Part shown: in pieces, positions 11,493 to 20,914 of the stretch
Position numbering within the stretch: the first letter of the stretch is position 1
Layout: every line of letters begins with the position of its first letter
Sequence record: OR455461.1
DNA length: 64,000 nt
Direction: 5' to 3' (one strand)
Position numbers and translations under genes: made by a program
The notes under the pieces: model-generated
Database searches by the model: none
Seen by the model: only the letters and a program-made list of their open reading frames with translations
What the model was told of the DNA's origin: nothing

Positions 11493-13241
11493 ATGGCATT
11501 TTTAGACAATAACATGACAAACCAGAACAACGGACAATCATACTTTATAGATGAAAATCAACAAATGATAAATTATGCAAATATAAGTATACCGTATAAT
11601 ACTTTAATGCAGATAATCAAGTATACAATTACAGAAAATAGACTTATTAATAATACAAATTTAAAAAGATTAAATAAATTCTTAGGAAATATAAATGAAG
11701 ATTTTGTTTATGATGAAGGTCAACAACATCAAAAAGATACAATTAAAGTATTAAAAGAATTAGTTAAAATTAGATTAGAAGAGTCTATAGAATCTCCTTC
11801 TATACTCTTAGAACACTTAGTAGATAAATTTAAGAGTCAAATGTCTGAATCACATTTATATGAAATTGTGAATAGTATTAAAATGTATTATGATGGTGAT
11901 CTAAAGAATTTATCTGATAAAGAAATTGATAATATTAATATGTATGTAAAAGAAAGATATGCTGCTTTAGAGCTATATCAAAAAGTGAATCTATTTAAAT
12001 ATGCATATGATCAATTAACTATGGATCGATTAAGTCCATCCGATTTATTAAAAGAAATATCTGAACCGATATCTCAAGTTAATAAAGTTATTAAAAGAAC
12101 TACAAATACTTCATCTAACACTAAAAATAGCTTTATTAACTTTTTAGAAACAGATATGGCAGTAGAAGTAATGGCGGACTCAATTGATAAATTAAGAAAC
12201 CCAACTAATAAACTTAAGACTGGATATAAGATGTTAAATAAAATGATTAATGGCGGTTTTGAAAATGGTCGTGTTTATTCATTCTTCGGAACACCTAAAT
12301 CATTCAAATCAGGTACTTTACTTAATATGTTAATGTCAGTTACTCTGGCTAACAAAGCAGTCGATATTAATAATTTAGATCCTAATAAAAAACCAGTAAT
12401 ATATTATTTGACTATGGAAAACTCTATGAGTGAATCTCTTGATAGACTTTATGAATATGTAACAGGTCATTCAATGAGTGAATCAAATCAATCACCACAA
12501 GAATGTGTAAATCAATTAATTGATTATACTTATAGACAAACTGGAATTAGTATTGTAGTTGAATATAAAAAGAATAATGAAGTGTCTACTGATTATCTTT
12601 ATGAAGTTTATGAAAACTTAGAAGATGAAGGATATCAATTAATGATGGTTGTACAAGACTATTTAAAACGTATTCGAGCTTCAGATCATATTGAAGACTT
12701 ACGTATACGCTTAGGTGCAATCTCTGATGAATTTACGGTGTTTGCTAAGGAAAAGGATATACCAGTAGTGACTGCAGCACAACTTAACAGAGAGGCATAC
12801 AGAAATGTAGAGAAAGCTATAAGTGAGAAAAAGACAGATATTGCTAAACAATTAGACAGAAGTCAAATTGCAGAATCAGCAATGATCATAGAGAACATAG
12901 ACTATGGTATCATCATAAATAGAGAGAATGCTAGTGATGAAAGTCAAGATGATCATTTATCATTTAAATTAATAGCTAGTCGTGGTAAGATGGGTGAAGA
13001 TAGAGTTGAATACTTCGCTCAACCATTTGATAATTCATTTAAACTTGCTGTTGATGAAGGAACACCTGAACTTAAAGGTGTAGAATCTATAGGATCAAAC
13101 TTAGAAAGTACTATAGATTCTGTGGCGGCTAAAACTAAAATGACTAATATCGCTAATCAATTTAAAAATGGTCCTATTGCTAATGAAAATACAAATAGTA
13201 ATGAAGAATTTGAACCTGGTAGTATTTTTCACGATTTTTAA
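11493..13241 (+). CDS. DnaB-like (SF4) replicative helicase, jumbo-phage type
   Basis: Walker A GTPKSFKSG, H1a YLTMEN, Walker B VVQDYL, H3/H4 TAAQLNR and IAESAMI. Confidence 0.85.
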   Translation: MAFLDNNMTNQNNGQSYFIDENQQMINYANISIPYNTLMQIIKYTITENRLINNTNLKRLNKFLGNINEDFVYDEGQQHQKDTIKVLKELVKIRLEESIESPSILLEHLVDKFKSQMSESHLYEIVNSIKMYYDGDLKNLSDKEIDNINMYVKERYAALELYQKVNLFKYAYDQLTMDRLSPSDLLKEISEPISQVNKVIKRTTNTSSNTKNSFINFLETDMAVEVMADSIDKLRNPTNKLKTGYKMLNKMINGGFENGRVYSFFGTPKSFKSGTLLNMLMSVTLANKAVDINNLDPNKKPVIYYLTMENSMSESLDRLYEYVTGHSMSESNQSPQECVNQLIDYTYRQTGISIVVEYKKNNEVSTDYLYEVYENLEDEGYQLMMVVQDYLKRIRASDHIEDLRIRLGAISDEFTVFAKEKDIPVVTAAQLNREAYRNVEKAISEKKTDIAKQLDRSQIAESAMIIENIDYGIIINRENASDESQDDHLSFKLIASRGKMGEDRVEYFAQPFDNSFKLAVDEGTPELKGVESIGSNLESTIDSVAAKTKMTNIANQFKNGPIANENTNSNEEFEPGSIFHDF

Positions 13242-13250
13242 AAATATAAT

Positions 13251-13280
13251 CCCCAATACCTATTAATTTAGGTATTGGGG
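13251..13280. repeat. Conserved palindrome copy between convergent genes
   Basis: CCCCAATACCTATTAATTTAGGTATTGGGG, identical to 36423-36452. Confidence 0.8.
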
Positions 13281-13301
13281 AAATTTTATTATTTTTTTTT
13301 T

Positions 13302-14078
13302 TTATAAAAGAGTACTTATTAAATCTGTTAAAAATCTTAATTGATTTTCATATGATAAATTACCATTTTTTAAATTATCTTCTAAATCTTCATCTATAAA
13401 AACTTTCATTGTGTTTAAGTCTATAATATATTCATTCTCTATAATATCTTTGTAATAACATGGTTCTAAATTATGATTTATCAAATTATTTTTAAATATT
13501 AGTAGTTTCTTGTAAAGATCTGTTTTATCTTTCTTTTTATCTTCCCAAAGACATTCAAATAAAAAATTAAATAAATATTTTTCATGATGTTCTTTAATTC
13601 CTTTCTGATAACCTTTAATTTCTATTCTATTATTATACAGATCAATATAATGTTCTTTATCTAATATATTGATGTAATTGTCAAATGTATCACTTTCAAC
13701 AAATCTAACATTATTCGATATTTTTAAATTATTACATTTTTTACCAATAACAAATATAGCATCTTTTTTTATACTTAAAATATCATTATCTGATAAATTA
13801 TTATTCATCATAAAAAATTTTCTAGCTATTTTAAATCCTTCTATTAGTGCATTATTCATATCTTTATTTTTTCTTAACATCTTACCAATGATTACATTTC
13901 TTTCGTACTTAGGTGTGTTTTTTAGCATATTGTAAGTTTCTTCATTTAACCAATTAGAATCATAAAGAATATTCATTCCTGCTGACTTTATATCATACTC
14001 AGTAATGATAGTATCTTTAATATATTTAACTTTAGATGTATAGTTCGTTTTTTGCCATAAATTAGACACTACCATCAC
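13302..14078 (-). CDS. Family-B DNA polymerase palm subunit (split polymerase)
   Basis: Motif A-like EYDIKSAG and motif C-like SIKKDAIF in only 258 aa, with no exonuclease domain. Confidence 0.65.
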   Translation of the reverse strand: MMVVSNLWQKTNYTSKVKYIKDTIITEYDIKSAGMNILYDSNWLNEETYNMLKNTPKYERNVIIGKMLRKNKDMNNALIEGFKIARKFFMMNNNLSDNDILSIKKDAIFVIGKKCNNLKISNNVRFVESDTFDNYINILDKEHYIDLYNNRIEIKGYQKGIKEHHEKYLFNFLFECLWEDKKKDKTDLYKKLLIFKNNLINHNLEPCYYKDIIENEYIIDLNTMKVFIDEDLEDNLKNGNLSYENQLRFLTDLISTLL

Positions 14079-14094
14079 TCCTTTTCATATAATA

Positions 14095-14661
14095 TTATTG
14101 ATTAACAAATTTATGTTTAATCAAAGTTTTAATAAAGTCTTTTTCAGATAACCAATCTCCTGTATTATTATATACATTAATGTCAGTAACTTCATCTAGA
14201 TCTTCTTTTTCTTTAATCAAATCTTTTTCATTTCTTCCTTCACGTTTAATTTGATTATTTTCGTTAATAACTTGAATTGTTAATATATCTGATTCATTTC
14301 CGTATTTTTCTTTAATATCTCTTACAGAAGCGTCTCTACCTTCTCTATTTACAATGATTATATTTATATTGTATAAACCATTTTCTGGATATTTATAGCT
14401 TTGATCAATAGTACCATAATAATTTTCATAGAAATTGGTTTTAGCGATTAATTTATCTTTCATAGAATCATATTCTTCTTTATTTAAGAATACATAATCT
14501 TTTCCATCAATTTCATTATCTCTAATTGGTCTAGTTGTTACTTGATCTAATTTTTTGAAAGATAAATGTGGAAAATCTTTTTGGGTTACTAAATTCTCAG
14601 CCAAATAAGATTTTCCACTTCCTGAAACTCCACATAATAAAATAAATTTTTTCATATCCAA
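14095..14661 (-). CDS. Guanylate kinase-like nucleoside monophosphate kinase
   Basis: P-loop GVSGSGKS, TTRPIRDNEIDGKDYVF and YYGT. Confidence 0.85.
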   Translation of the reverse strand: MDMKKFILLCGVSGSGKSYLAENLVTQKDFPHLSFKKLDQVTTRPIRDNEIDGKDYVFLNKEEYDSMKDKLIAKTNFYENYYGTIDQSYKYPENGLYNINIIIVNREGRDASVRDIKEKYGNESDILTIQVINENNQIKREGRNEKDLIKEKEDLDEVTDINVYNNTGDWLSEKDFIKTLIKHKFVNQ

Positions 14662-14725
14662 ATCTCTCCTCAGAATTCAATTATTATAATATTTTATTCT
14701 TTGGAAAATATAAAAAATTAATATC

Positions 14726-15487
14726 TTATTTTGCTTTAATACCATCATTTTCACGCAATTTTCCTATGAGATTAATAAATTCATTATAATTTTTATCTAC
14801 TACTTTTATATAATTGTATCCTGAATTTTTAGCAACTTCATCTTTTTTCTTTTCTTTAATTTCATCACGTTTTTGATAATGATTATTTTTACCTTTAATT
14901 TCTACTAATAAATTAAAATCAGGCATGTAAAAATCAGGCATGTAAAAATGTTCTTTATTAGCAAATTTATAAGGTAATGCTATATTTGATGGTGATAGTA
15001 CGTTATTTGATCTAAGATCCATTTGCGTATCTAAGAAGTTAAGGAAATCTTTTTCATAAGATCCTACATATTGAGTAGGCAATCCTTTGCCAGAACTCCA
15101 ATGATATTTACCTGAAATTCTTCTATTTTCTAACATTTTATTTTGCATATCTGGATCATTCAGTAAAGTTGTTTTACCGTATTTTTTATTCATTCTATCT
15201 TTAAATTGTTGTCTATATTTATCTTTACATATTTTATCGTGTACACGCTCATACTTTTCAGTCTGTTCATTAAATTTAGTTGGTTTTCCACATATAATAC
15301 ATGCACCATGAGTTTTTTTATTTCTATAATTAAAATATACATTTGCTGGAGATAAATCACCCAATTCTAAAGGATGTGTTTTTTCCATATGGTTATATAA
15401 ACCACTTTTGTTAATATACTTTTTATTACAGAAAGGACATTTATGATATTTTGTTGCCATTATTAAATTCACCGTTCTTTCTCTCAT
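14726..15487 (-). CDS. Zn-finger plus PD-(D/E)XK (TnsA-N-like) endonuclease
   Basis: C2H2 finger CPFC...HMEKTH, CIIC, and C-terminal YMPDF...VEIKG. Confidence 0.7.
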   Translation of the reverse strand: MRERTVNLIMATKYHKCPFCNKKYINKSGLYNHMEKTHPLELGDLSPANVYFNYRNKKTHGACIICGKPTKFNEQTEKYERVHDKICKDKYRQQFKDRMNKKYGKTTLLNDPDMQNKMLENRRISGKYHWSSGKGLPTQYVGSYEKDFLNFLDTQMDLRSNNVLSPSNIALPYKFANKEHFYMPDFYMPDFNLLVEIKGKNNHYQKRDEIKEKKKDEVAKNSGYNYIKVVDKNYNEFINLIGKLRENDGIKAK

Positions 15488-15581
15488 TATTTATAAGATG
15501 TTGTTTCTATCGTTTATACATAAAAAATTAAGGATATATTATTTTATATAATATAATATTATATAGTATAAATATTGAAAG

Positions 15582-16034
15582 TTGGTGAATTATATCGCTA
15601 AAGATACAAAACATTTTAGAAAAGAAATATTTATGGCCCAAAATGTATATAACCGTCAAATGATGTTAGATGACATGGAAGCCATGGGACAGACGATACA
15701 GAATTTAATCATTATGAAACCTGGTACATATCCAAACACTCCTGGTTTAGGAGTTGGTATTGAAGATTATTTATTTGAAATTTTAGATAATGATACAATT
15801 ATGGATATAAGTGCCAATATAAATAATCAAATAACAAGATATATAGTTTCTCAGTCAGTAAATGTTGAAGTAAGAATAAGTAAATTGGAAAATAGTAATG
15901 CAAATATAAATAGTTTAAAAATAGATGTTAATTTATCTGATGTGTTAGATATAAATAACCAACAACTATTTTCATTTGTATTCGCTTCAAATAATTTAAC
16001 TAAGAAAATGATAACTAAATTAGTACTTGCTTAA
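15582..16034 (+). CDS. Baseplate wedge protein, T4 gp25/GPW-like
   Basis: Motif PGTYPNTPGLGVGIEDYLFE and a size of about 135-150 aa. Confidence 0.7.
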   Translation: MVNYIAKDTKHFRKEIFMAQNVYNRQMMLDDMEAMGQTIQNLIIMKPGTYPNTPGLGVGIEDYLFEILDNDTIMDISANINNQITRYIVSQSVNVEVRISKLENSNANINSLKIDVNLSDVLDINNQQLFSFVFASNNLTKKMITKLVLA

Positions 16035-16071
16035 ATATAAAATTAAAAGAAAAGAATGGAGAATATTATAA

Positions 16072-17523
16072 ATGGTAAGAAAAGCAGACAATAATGAACT
16101 TGATAACTTCATGTCAGAAGAGGAATTAAAAGAATTAGGCGTAGAAGCTGATAAAAAACAAGAAGAAACAAATAATAATCAAAATAAATCACAAAATAAT
16201 CGAAATAAAAATAATAATAGAAATAGTAATAAAAATAAACGTAAGAAAAATAATAATCAAAATAAATCGGCTATTCCGACTCAAAGAAATAAGAATAATC
16301 AAAAACAAGATGAAGAAGCTAAAACTGATCATATTGATTTTTCTCAACCAGAACCAGCTCAAAATTATAAAGACTATGATCATTTAACTCAAAAAGACGA
16401 AGAACCTAAATTATCTTCTCCAGCAGAAGATACTGAGTCTATGACTTTAGATCAATTTGAAAGTCATCAACAAGATCTTAATAAACATCAACAAAAAGTT
16501 CAAAAAGAAATTGAAGAACTTTCTAAAATTGATTCTAATGAAAGAAATAATATTTTAAGTAATATTAATGTAGATTTAAATAATATTGAAATTATTTCAG
16601 ATATTGACTATGATGTTAATAAAGAAAATACTAATTTTGTATTAAATAGTAAAGCTACTCATCAAGTAGTATTATCTCAATCAGCTTATATTGCTCATAT
16701 GGAAAGTTTACGTAACCAAGAAATTCTTTCTATTGCAGAATCTATTGATGATGATTATAATTCAGTTTTAAAAAGATATCAATTATACTTCCATAAAGTT
16801 AATACAAATTCATTAGGAATTAAAAACTTCTCAGATTTTGCTAAGTTAACTTCTGTATATGATGTTAGTACTTTAGAATACGGATTATATAATATCTCTT
16901 TCCCTGGTGAGACTAAGTTTGATATTAAATGTGGTAGTTGTAAAGAAGAACTTAAAGACGTTAAAATCTCTAACGATCAATTAATGTCATTTAAAGATGA
17001 AGAAGCTTATGAACATGTAACTAAAAATGTTCATAACATTACAACTAAAGAACAAAATGAAAAGCATTCACTAATTTCTAAAACTGAAAGAATCATGTTA
17101 AACGACTCTAAGATTATATTTGATATTATTACACCTACTATTGATAAACATTTAACTGTATTAGCAAGTATTCATACAGATGGATTGAGTCCAGAAGAAG
17201 CAGATAGATTTAAAAATAACTCAACTGCTTTAATGCATGTTAAAAATGTATACGTACCAGATCTAAAATCTCTTAAAGAAGATGGAAAACCTAAATTCCA
17301 AAAAATTCCTGAAGAATCACTTCAAGAAATTATGACAATTATTGAGAACTTATCTGTACGTGATGGGCATCAATTAACTGATAAGATATATGATTCTGTA
17401 GGTAAAAATGCTATAGAATATGCAATTAATGGAGCTAAATGTCCTAATTGTGGAAATGATCTTGGAAAAATTGATATCGATATGACAGAAGTACTTTTCA
17501 AGGAAGCTCTTCATTTGGTTTAA
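16072..17523 (+). CDS. Putative baseplate hub/tail assembly protein (T4 gp26-like) with two CxxC motifs
   Basis: KCGSC and KCPNC motifs, N/K/E-rich low-complexity N-terminus, position after the gp25-like gene. Confidence 0.5.
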   Translation: MVRKADNNELDNFMSEEELKELGVEADKKQEETNNNQNKSQNNRNKNNNRNSNKNKRKKNNNQNKSAIPTQRNKNNQKQDEEAKTDHIDFSQPEPAQNYKDYDHLTQKDEEPKLSSPAEDTESMTLDQFESHQQDLNKHQQKVQKEIEELSKIDSNERNNILSNINVDLNNIEIISDIDYDVNKENTNFVLNSKATHQVVLSQSAYIAHMESLRNQEILSIAESIDDDYNSVLKRYQLYFHKVNTNSLGIKNFSDFAKLTSVYDVSTLEYGLYNISFPGETKFDIKCGSCKEELKDVKISNDQLMSFKDEEAYEHVTKNVHNITTKEQNEKHSLISKTERIMLNDSKIIFDIITPTIDKHLTVLASIHTDGLSPEEADRFKNNSTALMHVKNVYVPDLKSLKEDGKPKFQKIPEESLQEIMTIIENLSVRDGHQLTDKIYDSVGKNAIEYAINGAKCPNCGNDLGKIDIDMTEVLFKEALHLV

Positions 17524-17789
17524 TCAATACTGTCGATAGTAAGCAATATAAGAAAAAAGTATATGAAGATGCCGCTTATCTTGCTTATCTATTGGACCTC
17601 TTTGAAGGGCGTTTAAGTTTTAATGAAATACTTACTATGGATTTGAATATACTTAATTCAATGACAAAAGCTAAAGAAAAAGAAATGAAAAATAAACGAT
17701 TACAGCAGAAAAAGGTTGAATCTGCTACTAGAAAAGATTTTGATAATGGTATGCCTAAGTTGGATTTACCTAGACATCTTAATAGTTAA
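17475..17789 (+). CDS. Small gp51/gpT-like assembly-chaperone segment, possibly expressed by -1 frameshift from the upstream gene
   Basis: The frame is open from 17475, overlapping the upstream gene's end. The annotated TTG at 17592 has no RBS. Reads ...YEDAAYLAYLLDLFEGRLSFNEILTMDL. Confidence 0.5.
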   Translation, partial: YRYDRSTFQGSSSFGLINTVDSKQYKKKVYEDAAYLAYLLDLFEGRLSFNEILTMDLNILNSMTKAKEKEMKNKRLQQKKVESATRKDFDNGMPKLDLPRHLNS

Positions 17790-17812
17790 TAAAGAAAGGA
17801 TGGATTTTCCAG

Positions 17813-18106
17813 ATGGTTCTTAGTACAAAAGAAAGTCAGAAAATCCTTCATATTTATGATTCACTAGTTGATAATGATGAAAATCTTTTATCATCTTTAT
17901 GTCATTCAAATAAAGGTTTACTTTTTGTAGACCTTTTATATGACATAGATTATAAAATTAAAGAAGGGTTTTCTAAAGATAATAATGAATTTAATTACAT
18001 TATATTAGAAACTGAAGAAAAAGAAAAATTAAAAGAAAAAGCTCTTTATAAAAAAAATTTAAAAATTGAAGACAACAAGGATTCTATAAGAATTTCAGTA
18101 GTATAA
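17813..18106 (+). CDS. Hypothetical protein (97 aa)
   Basis: AAAGGA RBS, in operon before the chaperonin; no GroES-like motif visible. Confidence 0.65.
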   Translation: MVLSTKESQKILHIYDSLVDNDENLLSSLCHSNKGLLFVDLLYDIDYKIKEGFSKDNNEFNYIILETEEKEKLKEKALYKKNLKIEDNKDSIRISVV

Positions 18107-18123
18107 AGGAGAGAATTGCTTAA

Positions 18124-19881
18124 ATGAGTGAACATAAGAAAAATAAAAAGTTGGTATCAAATATAGTAGATGAAGATTCATACAAAGAAATAGCTGAATT
18201 AACAATTGATACTATTTCTGGAACATTAATGAAATCATTAGGTTATTATGGTTCTACTACAATATTTGATGACGGTATTAGTAGATTTGTAACTAAAGAC
18301 GGATATAATATTTTAAAGAATATTAGATTTCAAGACACTATTGCTGCAGCAATATTAAACTTCATTAAAGAAGTTTCATTATCACTAGTTAAAACTGTAG
18401 GTGATGGATCTACTTCTTCAGTAATTAATTCTCAAGCTATGTTTAAAGAAATTAATGCTAGATTAAAAGAAAAAGATGATTTAGGTGGATTTTCTCGTAA
18501 AGAAATTTCAGATTCATTAAATAACATGAAAGATTTAATTACAGAAGGTTTAAAAGATAAATCTATAGAAATTAATGAAGATAATTTCTATAAATTAAAA
18601 AATATTGCTACAGTATCAAATAATAATGATGAAAAATTAGGTGAAATGGTTTACGAAATTTTTTCTCAAATAGGTAAAAATGGTTTTATCACACCTGAAA
18701 TTTCAGACAATGAAGAAGATTACTACTCATTAACTAAAGGTATTGAGAAAAATAATGCTCTATTAGATAATAAATTAATTAATGATAAAGAAAATCATTC
18801 AGTTGATTTTAATAAACCTCATGTAGTAGTAGTTAATGATAAACTAAAAGAAGAAGACATTAAATGGTGTAGTGAGATTGTTACTTCATTACAACCTTTC
18901 TCTAGTAAAGGTTTAGTATTTGTTGCACCTAGCTTTTCTAAAGAGTTTATTAGTTGGGTAAAAGTATTATTAAATGCTAACCGTAATAATGGAGGTTTAA
19001 AAGCAGCTGAAGCTGAATTTGAATTATCTGTAGCATCTTACAGTAAAGACCCTGAAGAATTAGAAGATCTTGCAATATATGTAGGTTCAAATGTTATTGA
19101 TATGACAATAGATCCAGAAGATTTTAAAAAGAATATTGTTGATAAATTAGAGGATTCTAGAAGTAATCCATTAAATTGGATGGAATTCCAACAACAATAT
19201 GTAGGGCGTACTGAAAGATTTGTAATTGATTCTTTTAAAACTCAAATCATTGAAGGTCATGGTAATAAAACTGAAACTGGTTCTAGAAGATTGAAAGATC
19301 GTATTGCAGAAATAAATAACGAAATTAGTTATTTTGCAGATATGAATTCAGAACAAGCTATTGGAGAGATTACTACATTACAACGTAGAGCTAATTCTTT
19401 AAATAGTGCAATTGCTAAATTATATGTGGGTGGTTCTTCTCAAGCAGAAAAAATCTCTCGTAAATACTTAGTGGAAGATTCAGTGCATGCTTCTAAATCA
19501 GCATTGAAATTTGGTTATGTATCTGGAGGAAATCTATCAGTAAATAAAGTTATCAAAGATATTGATACAGAAAAATTATCTGATTTAGATAGATTAGTCC
19601 TAGACTTAATTGATATTTCTTCTCGTGAAGTATATCACAAAGTATTAGAAAACTTTAATAGATTTAAAAAACCTGAAATAGAATCTATGACTCAGACTTG
19701 TATTAGTAAAGATGCAATTTATAATATTAAAACTGCCGAATATGAAGATGATGTAGAAACTGATATTATAAACTCTGTAGAAACAGATATTAAAATATTA
19801 GAAACTACAATTAGTATCATTGGTTTAATTTCATTAAGTAACCAATTCTTAACTAATTCTTTAATTATTCCACAAGATTAA
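18124..19881 (+). CDS. groEL: Phage-encoded GroEL-like chaperonin
   Basis: SLGYYG, TKDGYNIL, VGDGSTSS (GDGTT motif), KLYVGG, EDSVHA, VSGG, INSVETD; 585 aa. Confidence 0.9.
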   Translation: MSEHKKNKKLVSNIVDEDSYKEIAELTIDTISGTLMKSLGYYGSTTIFDDGISRFVTKDGYNILKNIRFQDTIAAAILNFIKEVSLSLVKTVGDGSTSSVINSQAMFKEINARLKEKDDLGGFSRKEISDSLNNMKDLITEGLKDKSIEINEDNFYKLKNIATVSNNNDEKLGEMVYEIFSQIGKNGFITPEISDNEEDYYSLTKGIEKNNALLDNKLINDKENHSVDFNKPHVVVVNDKLKEEDIKWCSEIVTSLQPFSSKGLVFVAPSFSKEFISWVKVLLNANRNNGGLKAAEAEFELSVASYSKDPEELEDLAIYVGSNVIDMTIDPEDFKKNIVDKLEDSRSNPLNWMEFQQQYVGRTERFVIDSFKTQIIEGHGNKTETGSRRLKDRIAEINNEISYFADMNSEQAIGEITTLQRRANSLNSAIAKLYVGGSSQAEKISRKYLVEDSVHASKSALKFGYVSGGNLSVNKVIKDIDTEKLSDLDRLVLDLIDISSREVYHKVLENFNRFKKPEIESMTQTCISKDAIYNIKTAEYEDDVETDIINSVETDIKILETTISIIGLISLSNQFLTNSLIIPQD

Positions 19882-19893
19882 AATTTAAACTCT

Positions 19894-19929
19894 ACCGAAA
19901 CCATTATGAATTTAATTAATGGTTTCGGT
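19894..19929 (+). terminator. Terminator after the chaperonin gene
   Basis: ACCGAAACCATTA/TAATGGTTTCGGT followed by a T-rich tract. Confidence 0.75.
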
Positions 19930-19994
19930 TTATTTTTGCAAATCAATTAAAATTATATACATTTTTAAAATTTTGATTTTTATTAAACTTTTAT

Positions 19995-20023
19995 TTGCTT
20001 TTTTATAAAATTTTTGTTATAAT
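19995..20023 (+). promoter_or_regulatory. Host sigma-A-like promoter
   Basis: TTGCTT-17 nt-TATAAT with an extended TGn -10, 33 nt before the 20057 gene. Confidence 0.45.
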
Positions 20024-20056
20024 TAAAAATGTAGTAGAAAACAAGGAGGAATTTTA

Positions 20057-20824
20057 TTGGTTAATATGACAGCTTCACAATTCCTTAAAAACCCTACAGG
20101 AAAAGGTTCAGCTACAGTAGCTAGACGTGATCGTATTATTTTAGATATGAGAACACGATTTTCTTATCTATATAAGAAAAATAAAAGAAATTTTAAATTA
20201 AAGATATTTCTTCATCAAGAAAACTATTATTTCTATTTTCAAATACCTTCAGAAGATTACTTCAAAGATGAATTACATTATGACGTAATCATAGAATTCA
20301 GACCACCTAATGAAAAAGCAGCTAAAACTAAAGATCTTAATAATTATTTAATAAGATTTATAAGTAACTCTCCAAACTTTATGTTTACATATGGTTACTT
20401 ATATAATAAAGATGATTTACTTATTAGTTGGCTGAGTTATAAATTAGGTAAAAAAGCTTTAACTCAAGCTCCAGTTGTTAGAAACCCTAGACATGAATAC
20501 GGATTTGAGAAATCAGTTTATTTTGCACTATTGTATTTAGAAACAAATCCTAAAGCATTAAAAAATCCTTTACATTTAACATTACCAAATAGACAAAGAA
20601 TTAAGAAAACTTTTATGCCTTCAGATTTAAAGTTAAAAGAATACAATAGAATTAAAAAACAAAATACTCAAAAAGAAAAGAATAAAAATATTGTAACTAA
20701 GCAAATAAGTAATCAATTAGATAAAAGACGACAAGAACAGCAGAGGAAAACAAAACCAATCAATCGTAAATCCAAACCTATTGGAAAAGTTAAAAAGGTA
20801 AAGACTACCAAAAAGAGAAAATAA
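20057..20824 (+). CDS. Hypothetical protein with a strongly basic C-terminal tail
   Basis: TTG start after AGGAGG; K/R-rich C-terminus. Confidence 0.7.
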   Translation: MVNMTASQFLKNPTGKGSATVARRDRIILDMRTRFSYLYKKNKRNFKLKIFLHQENYYFYFQIPSEDYFKDELHYDVIIEFRPPNEKAAKTKDLNNYLIRFISNSPNFMFTYGYLYNKDDLLISWLSYKLGKKALTQAPVVRNPRHEYGFEKSVYFALLYLETNPKALKNPLHLTLPNRQRIKKTFMPSDLKLKEYNRIKKQNTQKEKNKNIVTKQISNQLDKRRQEQQRKTKPINRKSKPIGKVKKVKTTKKRK

Positions 20825-20914
20825 AGTTAAATATATATTATAAAAATGTATTTAATATAGTAATTTTAAATACGCTTATCATTTTATTAATTATCTAAGG
20901 AGAGTGTGTCTTAA

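Noticed and set aside
14921-14950. 15-bp direct repeat encoding FYMPD twice in the nuclease active-site region
   Set aside because: Only two copies, in frame, and it fits the usual YxPDFy pattern of this nuclease family; no sign of a distinct element.
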